The notes beneath the pieces are model-generated. The model searched no databases, was not told the DNA's origin, and saw only the letters and a list, made by a program, of their open reading frames with translations. From assembly GCA_963790475.1 (NCBI GenBank), contig CAWBOS010000006.1:352001-416000 (forward strand): 64,000 nucleotides of DNA, given 5' to 3'. Source of the stretch: an uncultured delta proteobacterium. GTDB taxonomy: Bacteria; Desulfobacterota; RBG-13-43-22. Position numbers and translations under genes: made by a program. Each line of letters begins with the position of its first letter. Position 1 is the first letter of the stretch. Below are positions 41,194 to 50,921 of this stretch, piece by piece.

Positions 41194-42261
41194 ATGAAAG
41201 CCCTGGTACTATCCGGTGGAAAGGGGACCCGGCTGCGACCGATCACCCACACCATGGCCAAGCAATTGGTACCCGTGGCCAATGAACCTATTTTGGGTTA
41301 TGTTTTTCAACACCTCATGGAGGCCGGCATCAAAGAAGTCGGAGTGGTGGTTGCTCCGGAAACTCAGGCTGACGTCAAGGGCTTTTTAAAAAATGGGTCT
41401 CGCTGGGGATTAAAGATAGAATATATCCTCCAGAATCAACCCCTGGGACTGGCCCACGCCGTTAAAACCGCCCAACCTTTTTTAGGGTCTTCTCCTTTTG
41501 TCATGTATCTGGGAGACAACCTTCTGGCCGAAGGAATCAAGGACTACCAAGAAAGATTTATAAAAGAAAAACTCGATGCCTTTTTATTCTTAAAAGAAGT
41601 GGAGAACCCCAAGGCCTTTGGGGTGGCGGTCTTGAACAAAAAAGGTGATATCACCCGTTTGATCGAAAAACCCGAAAGACCCCCTTCCAACCTGGCCTTG
41701 GTGGGGGTCTATTTCTTTTCTCCCAAGATCCATCAGGCTATCGCCCGCATAAAGCCATCGGCTCGGGGGGAATTGGAGATCACCGATGCCATTCAGGAGC
41801 TGATGAATATGAAGGGTCAGGTAAAAGGTCATATCCTGAAAGGGTGGTGGCTGGATACCGGGAAGAAAGATGATTTTCTGGCGGCCAACACCACCGTCCT
41901 GGATGATTATATCCAACGGGACCTCTGCGGGAAATGCGATACCGGGAGCCAGATTATCGGCCGGGTCCGTCTGGCCAAAAAAACCAAAGTGATTGGCAGT
42001 ATTATTCGAGGACCGGTGGTAATCGGAGAAGGGGCTCAGATCATTCACTCCTTTATCGGTCCTTACACCACCATCGGCCCCTACAGCCGAGTGATCCATT
42101 CGGCGATTGAGCATTCGGTGTTGATGAGTCATTGTCTGGTGGAGAATATTGCCCGTCTGGAAGACAGCCTGATCGGCCGGGAGGCCCATGTAACTCAGGG
42201 AGAAAACCATTCCAAGGCCCTACGTTTGATGATCGGCGACAATGCCGTAGTGGAAGTGTGA
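41194..42261 (+). CDS. rmlA: Glucose-1-phosphate thymidylyltransferase (long form)
   Basis: LSGGKGTRLRP...AKQLVPVAN, ARGELEITDAI, WWLDTG and a C-terminal beta-helix. Confidence 0.92.
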   Translation: MKALVLSGGKGTRLRPITHTMAKQLVPVANEPILGYVFQHLMEAGIKEVGVVVAPETQADVKGFLKNGSRWGLKIEYILQNQPLGLAHAVKTAQPFLGSSPFVMYLGDNLLAEGIKDYQERFIKEKLDAFLFLKEVENPKAFGVAVLNKKGDITRLIEKPERPPSNLALVGVYFFSPKIHQAIARIKPSARGELEITDAIQELMNMKGQVKGHILKGWWLDTGKKDDFLAANTTVLDDYIQRDLCGKCDTGSQIIGRVRLAKKTKVIGSIIRGPVVIGEGAQIIHSFIGPYTTIGPYSRVIHSAIEHSVLMSHCLVENIARLEDSLIGREAHVTQGENHSKALRLMIGDNAVVEV

Positions 42262-42315
42262 CGAGCTCATAGCTCATGGCTGATAGCTGACAGGGGAAGA
42301 TCAGAAGTCGTCTAT

Positions 42316-42450
42316 TGTGTTTGTTGGGTTCATTGAGTTAGTGGGTTTGTTGAGTTCAAGAAAAGACAATCATACTTAACCCAATAACTCAAGTAACCCA
42401 ATAACTCAAGTAACCCGATAACTCAAGTAACCCAACGAACCCAATAAAAC
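42316..42450. repeat. 17-bp tandem repeat with an upstream complementary arm
   Basis: TAACCCAATAACTCAAG x3 at 42377-42427 (one mismatch), plus degenerate copies; upstream TTGTTGGGTTCATTGAGTTAGTGGGTTTGTTGAGTT is complementary. Confidence 0.8.
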
Positions 42451-42472
42451 CCATCAAACCAAAAGGACCAGT

Positions 42473-43513
42473 ATGAGTAAAACCATCTTAATCACCGGCG
42501 GGATGGGGTTCATCGGCTCAAATTTCATCCGCCATTATCATCAAAATCACCCGGAAAACAATATCGTCAACTTGGACAAATTGACCTATTCGGCCAATCC
42601 AGAAAACCTTCAAGATATTTCTTCCGATCCCCGTTACCGCTTTGTCCAGGGTGATATCCTGGATGAAAACTTGCTCTTTAAGATCACTCGGGAATTTTCA
42701 ATCCATACCGTTGTCCATTTTGCCGCCGAGTCCCATGTGGATCGCTCCATTCTGGGGTCCAAGGAGTTTATCCAAACCAATGTGTTGGGCACCCATACTT
42801 TATTAGAGGTCCTTAAACATTATTGGCAAGATACCCTGGCTAAAGATCCGGAGTTTCGTTTCCTTCATATTTCCACGGATGAGGTCTACGGCGCTCTCGG
42901 ACTGGAGGGAATTTTCACCGAAGAGACCCCCTTCCGCCCCAACTCTCCCTATTCGGCCAGCAAGGCCGGAGCCGATATGCTGGTCCGGGCTTATTTTGAA
43001 ACCTACGGTCTTCCGACTCTGATTGTCCGCCCCTCCAACAACTACGGGCCCTTTCAATTCCCGGAAAAATTTATTCCCCTGATGATCACCAATCTTCTGG
43101 AGGACCAACCCATCCCGATTTATGGGCGCGGAGAAAACATACGCGACTGGCTTTATGTGGGAGATGCCTGTCAGGCCATCGATCAGGTCCTTACTAAAGG
43201 GAAAATCGGTGAGGCCTATAACATTGGAGGAGAATCCGAAAGGTCGAATATTGAAGTAGCCCGCCAGATCATTGCCTTCCTGAATAAAGGGGAGGAATAC
43301 CTTCGGTTCGTCGCTGACCGACCTGGTCATGATCTGCGGTATGCCTTGAGTAATGACAAAATTAAGAGGAAGATAGGTTGGTACCCCTCGGTGGACTTTT
43401 CTGAAAGCCTTTCCCGAACGGTCCGATGGTATCAGGATCAGATCGCCTGGTGGAAGCCCCTCAAAGAAAAATTGCTTAAAGAAAGCAAAGGCTTCTGGAG
43501 CGACAAGTCATGA
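42473..43513 (+). CDS. rmlB: dTDP-glucose 4,6-dehydratase
   Basis: TGGMGFIGSN, HFAAESHVDRSI, ISTDEVYG, YSASK and DRPGHDLRY. Confidence 0.96.
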   Translation: MSKTILITGGMGFIGSNFIRHYHQNHPENNIVNLDKLTYSANPENLQDISSDPRYRFVQGDILDENLLFKITREFSIHTVVHFAAESHVDRSILGSKEFIQTNVLGTHTLLEVLKHYWQDTLAKDPEFRFLHISTDEVYGALGLEGIFTEETPFRPNSPYSASKAGADMLVRAYFETYGLPTLIVRPSNNYGPFQFPEKFIPLMITNLLEDQPIPIYGRGENIRDWLYVGDACQAIDQVLTKGKIGEAYNIGGESERSNIEVARQIIAFLNKGEEYLRFVADRPGHDLRYALSNDKIKRKIGWYPSVDFSESLSRTVRWYQDQIAWWKPLKEKLLKESKGFWSDKS

Positions 43514-44346
43514 AAGTAATGGTCACCGGATACCCGGGATTATTGTCCATGGACCTGGTTCCTGTCCTTAAGGAGCGCCATGAAGTAATACCCCTTTCCA
43601 TCGATGATCTGGATATCACCCGAAAGGAAGAGGTCTTTAACACCATGGAGACCCTTCAACCGGAAGTGGTGATCAACTGTGCCGCCTATACGGCGGTCGA
43701 TCAAGCGGAGAACGATTGGGAAGGGGCCTTTCGGGCCAATGCCCTGGGGGTCCATTATCTGGCACTGGCCTGCCGGCAATTTGAGGTGATCCTTGGTCAT
43801 ATAAGCACGGATTATGTTTTTGACGGCCGGATCGGCCGACCCTACCAGCCCTGGGACATCCCCAATCCGATTAGTGTCTACGGGGCTTCCAAACAAGCGG
43901 GGGAATTTTTCATCGAACAACTGCTGAACCGTTATTATATCATCCGCACCAGTTCCCTTTACGGGAAAAACGGGAATAATTTCGTAAAAACGATCATTGA
44001 CAAGGCCGAACAAGAAAAACCCTTGTCGATAGTATGCGATCAGGTCATGTCCCCGACCTGGAGCGTTAATCTTTCACAAGGTATTTTACAGATCCTGGCC
44101 TCGGGTAATTTCGGGGTTTATCATTTGACGGATCAGACCGATGGGGGGATCAGCTGGTTTGATTTCGGCAAAGCCATATTAAGAATCAAGGGATTGAATC
44201 AAGAAATACTTCCCCTACGGTGTCAGGACCTTGACCGCCCGGCGCCCCGGCCGGCCTATTCGGTCTTGGACACCCGTTATCTGACCCTGGCCACAGGATA
44301 TCGTCCCCTTCATTATCAGGAGGCCCTGGAGCAGTTTTTGAAATGA
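43510..44346 (+). CDS. rmlD: dTDP-4-dehydrorhamnose reductase
   Basis: NCAAYTAVD, HISTDYVFDG, YGASK and APRPAYSVL. Confidence 0.94.
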   Translation: MKVMVTGYPGLLSMDLVPVLKERHEVIPLSIDDLDITRKEEVFNTMETLQPEVVINCAAYTAVDQAENDWEGAFRANALGVHYLALACRQFEVILGHISTDYVFDGRIGRPYQPWDIPNPISVYGASKQAGEFFIEQLLNRYYIIRTSSLYGKNGNNFVKTIIDKAEQEKPLSIVCDQVMSPTWSVNLSQGILQILASGNFGVYHLTDQTDGGISWFDFGKAILRIKGLNQEILPLRCQDLDRPAPRPAYSVLDTRYLTLATGYRPLHYQEALEQFLK

Positions 44347-45128
44347 AAGAATCCCCATCCCAGGAACAGTCCTTAAAAGAGTGGACCGATCTATTTTCTG
44401 ATTCGGCCGAAAGCCTGTCTGCTTTGGAAAAAGGGGACTTTTCCGAGCCGACTTTTTCAGCATCTTTGTATTTGGCCCTGTTGTCGGATTTATTTCTAAG
44501 CGCCGGAGAGGAACCGGTGAAAGAAAAGTGGGCTTCGCTGTCCCGGGTAGTGCAGACCGACTTGGGGATTGAACTGCTCAAGGACTATCTTTTCCAGCCC
44601 CTCTATATCCGGCTTTCCAAAGAAAAAAAATTATCACCCATAAAATCACCCCTGAAGCTGGAAAGCCAGGGGAAATTCTTTCGAGTAGAGCATGGGGCCG
44701 GGCCAAACCGGAAGATAGAATTATTATACCCTTTGAACCATCGCCGGTTCTGGCCGGATTTGTTCAGATTATTTGAAGAGGACTTTTTTTCTTCCGAAAA
44801 AGTTTTTAAGGCCCTTGAACCGGAGATACTACTGGCGTCTTCTTCCCGTCTGGAAAAGATCAGACATCGGGCGGAAGACCTTAGCACCCTTTTCTTGAAA
44901 GGAAAACACCCGGAAATTTCCGCCAGCTTGCCGCCCGGAGATCAATCAGAAATAACAAATGCCCGGGAAGATGCCCCCGGGCCAGCCCACGGGGACGTTC
45001 ATCCCCCGGAAAAGATGGAGCCCGACCTGTCGGCACCTGCGATTTCAGACCTGCCTCCTTCCCCTCCCTCGCCACCCAAGAGAAAGAAAAAGAAAAAACC
45101 CTCAGACGATCAGTTGGAACTGTTTTGA
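44343..45128 (+). CDS. Hypothetical protein with Pro/Lys-rich tail ending in QLELF
   Basis: 261-aa ORF overlapping the rmlD stop (ATGA); no family recognised. Confidence 0.7.
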   Translation: MKESPSQEQSLKEWTDLFSDSAESLSALEKGDFSEPTFSASLYLALLSDLFLSAGEEPVKEKWASLSRVVQTDLGIELLKDYLFQPLYIRLSKEKKLSPIKSPLKLESQGKFFRVEHGAGPNRKIELLYPLNHRRFWPDLFRLFEEDFFSSEKVFKALEPEILLASSSRLEKIRHRAEDLSTLFLKGKHPEISASLPPGDQSEITNAREDAPGPAHGDVHPPEKMEPDLSAPAISDLPPSPPSPPKRKKKKKPSDDQLELF

Positions 45129-45143
45129 TATCGGAGGTCTTTA

Positions 45144-45788
45144 ATGAAAATTGCCGATAACCTCTATGCCTTTATCTGGCGTAATCCCCAAGCCAATAAT
45201 TGCAATACCTATCTGATCAAAGGAGCTAAAACGATTCTTGTCGATCCAGGGCATGTCCATCTTTTCGACTATGTCAGGTCCGGGCTTTTGGACTTGAACC
45301 TCACACCCGAACAGATAGACCTGATCATCGTCACCCATGCTCATCCGGATCATCTGGAAGCGGTTACCCTGTTTAAAAACCCCACCCTTTTAACTATGAG
45401 CCTGGCCGAATTTGAGTCTGTCAAAGAATGGTATGGCCGGGAGGCAGTCAGCGGTATTGAACCTGATTTTTATCTGCAGGAGGGTGAGCTAATTTTTGAG
45501 GGCTTGACTTTTCAGGTGATTTCCACCCCTGGTCATTCTCCGGGTTCCATCTGTCTTTACTGGCCTGAACACAAGGCCTTATTTACAGGAGATTTGATTT
45601 TCAATCAGGGAATAGGAAGAACTGATCTTCCGGGAGGAAACGGCCCCCTGTTAAAAGAAAGTATAATGCGAATCGCCGGCCTGGATATTGAATATATTCT
45701 CAGCGGTCATGGGGAGTTGATCAAGGGGAAAAAGGCCGTAGAGGCTAATTTTCGGGAGGTGGAAGACACCTGGTTTGATTATCTTTGA
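45144..45788 (+). CDS. Metallo-beta-lactamase-fold hydrolase (glyoxalase II-like)
   Basis: THAHPDH, PGHSPGS, FTGD, GRTDLPGG and SGHG. Confidence 0.92.
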   Translation: MKIADNLYAFIWRNPQANNCNTYLIKGAKTILVDPGHVHLFDYVRSGLLDLNLTPEQIDLIIVTHAHPDHLEAVTLFKNPTLLTMSLAEFESVKEWYGREAVSGIEPDFYLQEGELIFEGLTFQVISTPGHSPGSICLYWPEHKALFTGDLIFNQGIGRTDLPGGNGPLLKESIMRIAGLDIEYILSGHGELIKGKKAVEANFREVEDTWFDYL

Positions 45789-45818
45789 TGGTCTGTTTAG
45801 AAAAAACAAGCCCGGAGA

Positions 45819-46343
45819 TTAATCTAGGGTATTTTCAGACCAAAGACCAAGCATTTTTTCTTTAACGGCTTTCTTTTCCTGATCTAGGAGTTGTATCCAG
45901 GCAGGATCTCGGTTCAGGTTAGGCAAAATCGCTGAACCCGAAATCCCTTGGATCGACAATCGCTTTAGGGCCTGTTCCGTCAGCCGAGCCTTTTCTTGTT
46001 CCACCTTTTGATTGAATGCCTTCAATATCTTCATAAATGGTTCGCGGGGCATTTCCAGGAGTTCGGTGATTAACTGAAATCGTTTTTCATTTTCCCCTTC
46101 CGGGTCCAGGGGGCCAATTATTTCTGCTTGTAAAATTCTTCTCCATCCTGAGGGGGCTTCTTGGCTGAGGAGTTCGCTCTTCACCTTATCCATATCTATC
46201 CACCCGTCCAGGAACTTTTGAATCCAGCCTTTGGCTTTTTTCACCCACTCCTCGCGGCGGATTTCTTCTTTTTCTTCCGGACTCAAGGTCAGGCCCTTGG
46301 TCTTCTCCATAATCAGGTCCAGGGTACTTTTGATCTCGGCCAT
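45819..46343 (-). CDS. Hypothetical helical protein
   Basis: MAEIKSTLDLIMEKT start with AGGTG RBS; GISGSAILPN; typical codon usage. Confidence 0.75.
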   Translation of the reverse strand: MAEIKSTLDLIMEKTKGLTLSPEEKEEIRREEWVKKAKGWIQKFLDGWIDMDKVKSELLSQEAPSGWRRILQAEIIGPLDPEGENEKRFQLITELLEMPREPFMKILKAFNQKVEQEKARLTEQALKRLSIQGISGSAILPNLNRDPAWIQLLDQEKKAVKEKMLGLWSENTLD

Positions 46344-46445
46344 CTATCACCTGCATTAAAATAAATATTTTGGAACTTTAGGGATCGTTTGTTTTTTCAA
46401 AGATTAGAATCGGAGAAGGATTACTTCCTTATTCTGTCTCCCGGC

Positions 46446-46522
46446 TTCTAAATTCTAAATTCTATCTCTTTAATTGGTTTTCTCTCGCCACTCGCCACCC
46501 GTCACCCGTCACTTGTCACTCG
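46446..46522. repeat. Heptamer tandem repeats
   Basis: TTCTAAA TTCTAAA TTCTA and CGCCACT CGCCACC CGTCACC CGTCACT TGTCACT. Confidence 0.7.
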
Positions 46523-46525
46523 CTT

Positions 46526-47101
46526 TTAAGCATGCCCGACAGAGTCTCCCAGCAGACTGATGTCAACCCCCAGAATTTTTGCCGCCTCTTCCCAACGCTT
46601 TTCGGTCTCGGTTTTGAAAAGAATGGTTTCGTTCACCGGGCTGGTCAGCCAGGCATTGGCCAAGATTTCTGATTCCAACTGCCCGGGTCCCCATCCGGCA
46701 CAACCAAGGGCGATTATAAACGAACCCGGTCCTTTCCCCCTGGCCAGGGCATCCAGAATATCTTTGGAATTACTCAAGGCCAAGGAGGGAGTAACAGCAT
46801 GAAAACTCTCCCAGTCAAAAGGAGGGCCATGGAGTATGAAAATTTGCCCTTTATGAACCGGCCCTCCGAAATAAACAGGTACGTTATTTAGTTGTGGGAC
46901 CGGATCCATTCCCAGTTCCTGAAAGATCATCGTACCAGTCAAATCCGGTAGCACCCGGTTTATCACCACTCCCAAGGCCCCTTCCAGGGTATGCTCGCAG
47001 ATACAGGTTACCGCCTGAAAAAAATTCGGATCCAGCAGGCTGGGCATGGCGATGAGGAATTGTCCTTTAAGGGAAATTTCGGTCTCCTTTTTCCAACTCA
47101 T
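46526..47101 (-). CDS. YqgE/AlgH family protein
   Basis: FLIAMPSLLDPNF...CEH...GGPV...GCAGWGPGQLE...GHA; ATG 47101 with GGAGG RBS. Confidence 0.93.
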   Translation of the reverse strand: MSWKKETEISLKGQFLIAMPSLLDPNFFQAVTCICEHTLEGALGVVINRVLPDLTGTMIFQELGMDPVPQLNNVPVYFGGPVHKGQIFILHGPPFDWESFHAVTPSLALSNSKDILDALARGKGPGSFIIALGCAGWGPGQLESEILANAWLTSPVNETILFKTETEKRWEEAAKILGVDISLLGDSVGHA

Positions 47102-47126
47102 ATGGCCTCCGGCAAAGGTTTTGAAT

Positions 47127-47155
47127 ATTCTATGGCTTGTAAGAAGGCTTGTCAA
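47127..47155 (-). promoter_or_regulatory. Putative sigma70 promoter of yqgE
   Basis: Minus strand TTGACA-17 nt-TAGAAT. Confidence 0.65.
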
Positions 47156-47378
47156 GTAGGCCAGAGTTAACATCAGTGATAGAGAATTTCAAATGCACCA
47201 GCGTCCCGGCCAGGGAATGGAGAAGAGGTCCCTGACCATTAAAATTTCTGATCCTATCTACCCCTGAACTTTCCTCGTTTCTCCTTGACCGCTGCTACGA
47301 TATATTTTATAATTTATTAAAACCTGCGGAAGCCACCATGAACCATAATTACGAAATCTTATTTCCATAATCAAGTCA

Positions 47379-47406
47379 CACAATCAATTTATTGAAATTA
47401 ATTGTG
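47379..47406. promoter_or_regulatory. AT-rich dyad, candidate regulator-binding site
   Basis: CACAATCAATTT-4 nt-AAATTAATTGTG (11/12 inverted match) upstream of the CoA-transferase. Confidence 0.4.
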
Positions 47407-47508
47407 AAGAATGTTTTTCCCTGGGACGAAAAGAAAGGGTATAACCTTACTTGACTATTTGTTTAGTTCTTACCCATGGTTCCTATTTGAAAGGATATTT
47501 AAATAATA

Positions 47509-48747
47509 ATGAATACTGAATTAAGAGAGAGTGATTCCGATCAAAAATTCCCACTTCAAGGTATACTTGTCCTCGAATACGGTGTGTTTCATGCCGGGCC
47601 TGGTGCCGGCGCCATTTTGGGTGATCTTGGGGCGGAGGTAGTGAAAATAGAGGAAATAAATGGAGATCCGGCGCGATTTTGGACTCAAGTAGGCAATTTG
47701 AACACGGAGATGCCCAATGGAGACAATGCCACATTCCACTACTCGAATCGGAATAAACGTTCTATCTGCCTGGACATAAAAACGGCTCAAGGTCGGGGGA
47801 TTCTTGAACGACTGGTCGCCCGCGCCGATGTTTTCCTGACGAATGTGCGCCAGTCCACCAAGAAGAAACTGGGAATCGATTACCAAACCCTTAAGGGCCT
47901 TAATCCAAGAATGATCCACGCCAATGTCTCCGGTTACGGACCGGAAGGGCCTATGGCGGATATCGGGGCTTTTGATCCCCTGGGACTGGCCCGGTCAGGT
48001 TTGGTGTTTGCCACCGGGTCCCCCGAACCTAAACTGATGCATATTGGTTTGCTGGATCAGGCTACGTCCATCGCCGCCAGCCATGCCATAGTCACGGCCC
48101 TTTTCGCGCGGGAACGAAGCGGGGTGGGGCAGGAAGTCCATGTATCCCTTTACAGCACAGGGCAGTGGCTCAACGGAATAGCCCTGATGATCAACAGCCT
48201 TCTGGGGATAGACCCGATCGTCACAGAAGATCGCACTGTCCACTCTCCTTTAAGAAACAGATATATCTGTAAAGACGGAAAATGGCTTATATGCACTCAC
48301 CATCCGGAGGAAAAATATTGGTCCCGATTTTGTGAGGCGATTGAACGCCAGGATTGGCTTTCAGACCCCCGTTTTGCCGATAGCGAAAGTCGCAGGACCA
48401 ACCATGCAGAACTCATTGAACTCCTCGACCGGATATTCAAAACCAGGACGAGCGAAGAGTGGATGAAGATCTTTGTGGACAAGGGGCTCATGTTCTGCCC
48501 GGTACAGCGTGTACCTGAGATTCAAAACGATCCCCAGGCCCTGGTCAACCGCTATATGGTCGATTTTCAGGATCCGGAGATCGGGAGGTTCCGGATTGCC
48601 GGATACCCTATTCATTTCAGTGCCAATTCAGCCGGAACCCGTTCTCTGGCACCTTCCCTGGGTCAGCACACCTCGGAAGTTATTAAGGAACTGGGCTATT
48701 CCGACGAGGAAATCGAACTACTTAAAAGGGAAGGTGTGATCCGCTAA
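47509..48747 (+). CDS. Family III CoA-transferase (CaiB/BaiF)
   Basis: LGDLGAEVVKIE, NRNKRSICLD, SGYGPEGP and APSLGQHT. Confidence 0.92.
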   Translation: MNTELRESDSDQKFPLQGILVLEYGVFHAGPGAGAILGDLGAEVVKIEEINGDPARFWTQVGNLNTEMPNGDNATFHYSNRNKRSICLDIKTAQGRGILERLVARADVFLTNVRQSTKKKLGIDYQTLKGLNPRMIHANVSGYGPEGPMADIGAFDPLGLARSGLVFATGSPEPKLMHIGLLDQATSIAASHAIVTALFARERSGVGQEVHVSLYSTGQWLNGIALMINSLLGIDPIVTEDRTVHSPLRNRYICKDGKWLICTHHPEEKYWSRFCEAIERQDWLSDPRFADSESRRTNHAELIELLDRIFKTRTSEEWMKIFVDKGLMFCPVQRVPEIQNDPQALVNRYMVDFQDPEIGRFRIAGYPIHFSANSAGTRSLAPSLGQHTSEVIKELGYSDEEIELLKREGVIR

Positions 48748-49318
48748 AACAGGCCGACCCTTGCCCTGTCTCTCTTTGTACGAGCAGGACCTCGAACTGT
48801 TCGTGCGCACCCATGTTGATTGGGAAAAATCCCTGCCGAGCGAGAATGAGGCAAAGCGAAAAGAGATCTTCTGGTGGGCACCTATAAAATTAGCTCTGGT
48901 CTACAGCTCTCCAGTCCCTGCTTTCCTCCCTCATCAGAGCAGCCCTGAAAGATATCTCCGCGCAGAGAACCATACCCCGCTTCGTCGCTTTTAAACAATT
49001 CTTAGCTGTCCCCGGTCATAGCTATTCTGATCTTTCAAGATAATGAATACTGAATGAAGCAAACAAAGTCCTCAATGTTTTTCCCGTCCTGAAATGTGAA
49101 CGCCCATACCCGCTGGCCAGTCTGTCACATCGATGACTCATTTTAGTGTCAGCGCCCCATTCAATTATTGACGGAGGTCACGGGAAACGGTATTTGGGAA
49201 ATCAAAGGATTGAACCTTTTGCCTATACTTTTTATTGACTGGGGGCTTTCATTTTTGTAATCTCTATGAATGAAATGCATAGAAAAAATTAGATTCTTAA
49301 ACAATGGAGGGACGAGCG

Positions 49319-50167
49319 ATGGCAGAATTTAAAGTAATTGATACCCTATTCCCCCTGCTTTTAAAGGAATGGAAGCAGAGCTGGGCAAATGCCACCAATT
49401 CTCCGGGGGAGCTGAAATGCGCGGTCGAGGCTTCCTGGGGAGAGGGATACCCTAAGGCCGAGGACATCGTTAAAGCCATGGATGAAGCGGGCGTTGAAAC
49501 AGTCCTGGCAACCGATCTTCTGGCTTGGTCGTACCGCCGGCAGACACGGTTTGCCATCGATATGACCGGGATCATCGACGAAATGACCACCTCCTATCCG
49601 GGAAGGTTTTTCGGTTTGGCCGATTACGACCCTTTCAGGATAAGAGAAAGCCTGGTGAAACTCGAAGCGGATGTCAAGGAGCGCCAGTATAAAGGGGTGT
49701 ATATCCATATTTACGGGTATGATATACCCCTGGATCATCGCAAAATGTACCCCCTTTATGCCAAGTGCGAGGAATTGGGTCTTCCCGTTTCCATGCAGAC
49801 CGGTCACGTTCTCGAAGCCATGCCCAGTGAACATGGCCGACCCATGTACCTGGATCGGATCGCCACGGATTTCCCGGATCTTATCCTGATCGGAACCCAT
49901 ACCGGATTTCCCTGGGTGGATGAAATGATCTCCTGCACCACCAAATGGCCTAATATTTATCTCAGTTTCAGTGCCTGGCTGCCCCGCTACTTCCACCCCT
50001 CCCTGACCAACTTCATGAAATCGAGGGTCGGAGCTGAAAAAGTCCTCTTTGGTTCAAACGGTCTCTCCTGGAAGCGCTATAATGAACAAATGGCCGAAAT
50101 GGGCTTAAGGGAGGATTCACTGGAAAAAATCCTTTATGGAAATGCCAAACGAATTTTCAAGTTATAG
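49319..50167 (+). CDS. Amidohydrolase_2-family protein
   Basis: MYPLYAKCEELGLP...QTGH, DFPDLILIGTHTGFPW and KVLFGSN. Confidence 0.85.
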   Translation: MAEFKVIDTLFPLLLKEWKQSWANATNSPGELKCAVEASWGEGYPKAEDIVKAMDEAGVETVLATDLLAWSYRRQTRFAIDMTGIIDEMTTSYPGRFFGLADYDPFRIRESLVKLEADVKERQYKGVYIHIYGYDIPLDHRKMYPLYAKCEELGLPVSMQTGHVLEAMPSEHGRPMYLDRIATDFPDLILIGTHTGFPWVDEMISCTTKWPNIYLSFSAWLPRYFHPSLTNFMKSRVGAEKVLFGSNGLSWKRYNEQMAEMGLREDSLEKILYGNAKRIFKL

Positions 50168-50408
50168 AAAATTGATGGTCTATTAAAAATAGAAAACGCC
50201 GGGAGGACCCTCCGCTGTTCGCCTGTGAACGCCCCCCGGCTTTCGGATCCGGGATTCGACAGGCCACCATCAGGACCTTTGACTTATTTAATACCTACCT
50301 TGGGGGCCAGTGGCGCGAGTGGGGTCACTATGGAGTAACATAGTCAGCAGGAGTAGGCCGGGCTGGGATAGTAGAACTTAAACACTCTTCTTCAAAAAGG
50401 ATCTTTTT

Positions 50409-50915
50409 ATGATTAAATCTTTTGACGGAAAAGTACCGAAGATTTCCGAATCCGCATATATCTGCCAGACCGCTTATATTATTGGAGAGGTGGAGATCGG
50501 GGAACTATCCGGAGTCTGGCCCGGTGTGGTGATCCGAGGGGATTTTGCCTCTATCAAAATCGGGCGGCAGACCATTATAGAGGATAACTGTGTTGTTCAT
50601 TGTGGTGCGCCTATGGAGATCGGGAATAATGTCATTGTCGGGCACAGTGTTGTACTGCATGGGAAGAGGATCGGCAATAACACCCTGATCGGCAATAACG
50701 CCACAATTCTGGACAACAGTGAAATCGGTGACTATTGTGTTATCGGGGCCGGCTCTTTGGTGAGTCCGGGGATGAAGATCCCGGACCGATCTTATGTGCT
50801 CGGCGTTCCCGGCAAAATTCAAGGTGAAATTAAATCAGGGGTGATGAAACGACTGGAGTCGGGGAACCGCTCTTATCTGGCATTTTTTGAAAAATATCGG
50901 GAAGCGGGGATTTAA
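50409..50915 (+). CDS. Gamma carbonic anhydrase-like protein (YrdA/CaiE/PaaY)
   Basis: IRGD...EDNCVVH...VGHSVVLHG and hexapeptide repeats. Confidence 0.9.
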   Translation: MIKSFDGKVPKISESAYICQTAYIIGEVEIGELSGVWPGVVIRGDFASIKIGRQTIIEDNCVVHCGAPMEIGNNVIVGHSVVLHGKRIGNNTLIGNNATILDNSEIGDYCVIGAGSLVSPGMKIPDRSYVLGVPGKIQGEIKSGVMKRLESGNRSYLAFFEKYREAGI

Positions 50916-50921
50916 TAGAAA

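Noticed and set aside
42377-42427. Possible CRISPR array
   Set aside because: The 17-bp units are contiguous with no unique spacers, and there are no cas genes in the window.
48761-48994. 77-aa ORF after the CoA-transferase
   Set aside because: TTG start without an RBS and no family features; at most a remnant.
50245-50265. tmRNA 5' end (GGATTCGACAGG)
   Set aside because: No GGGG acceptor stem, T-arm/CCA end or tag reading frame was found.
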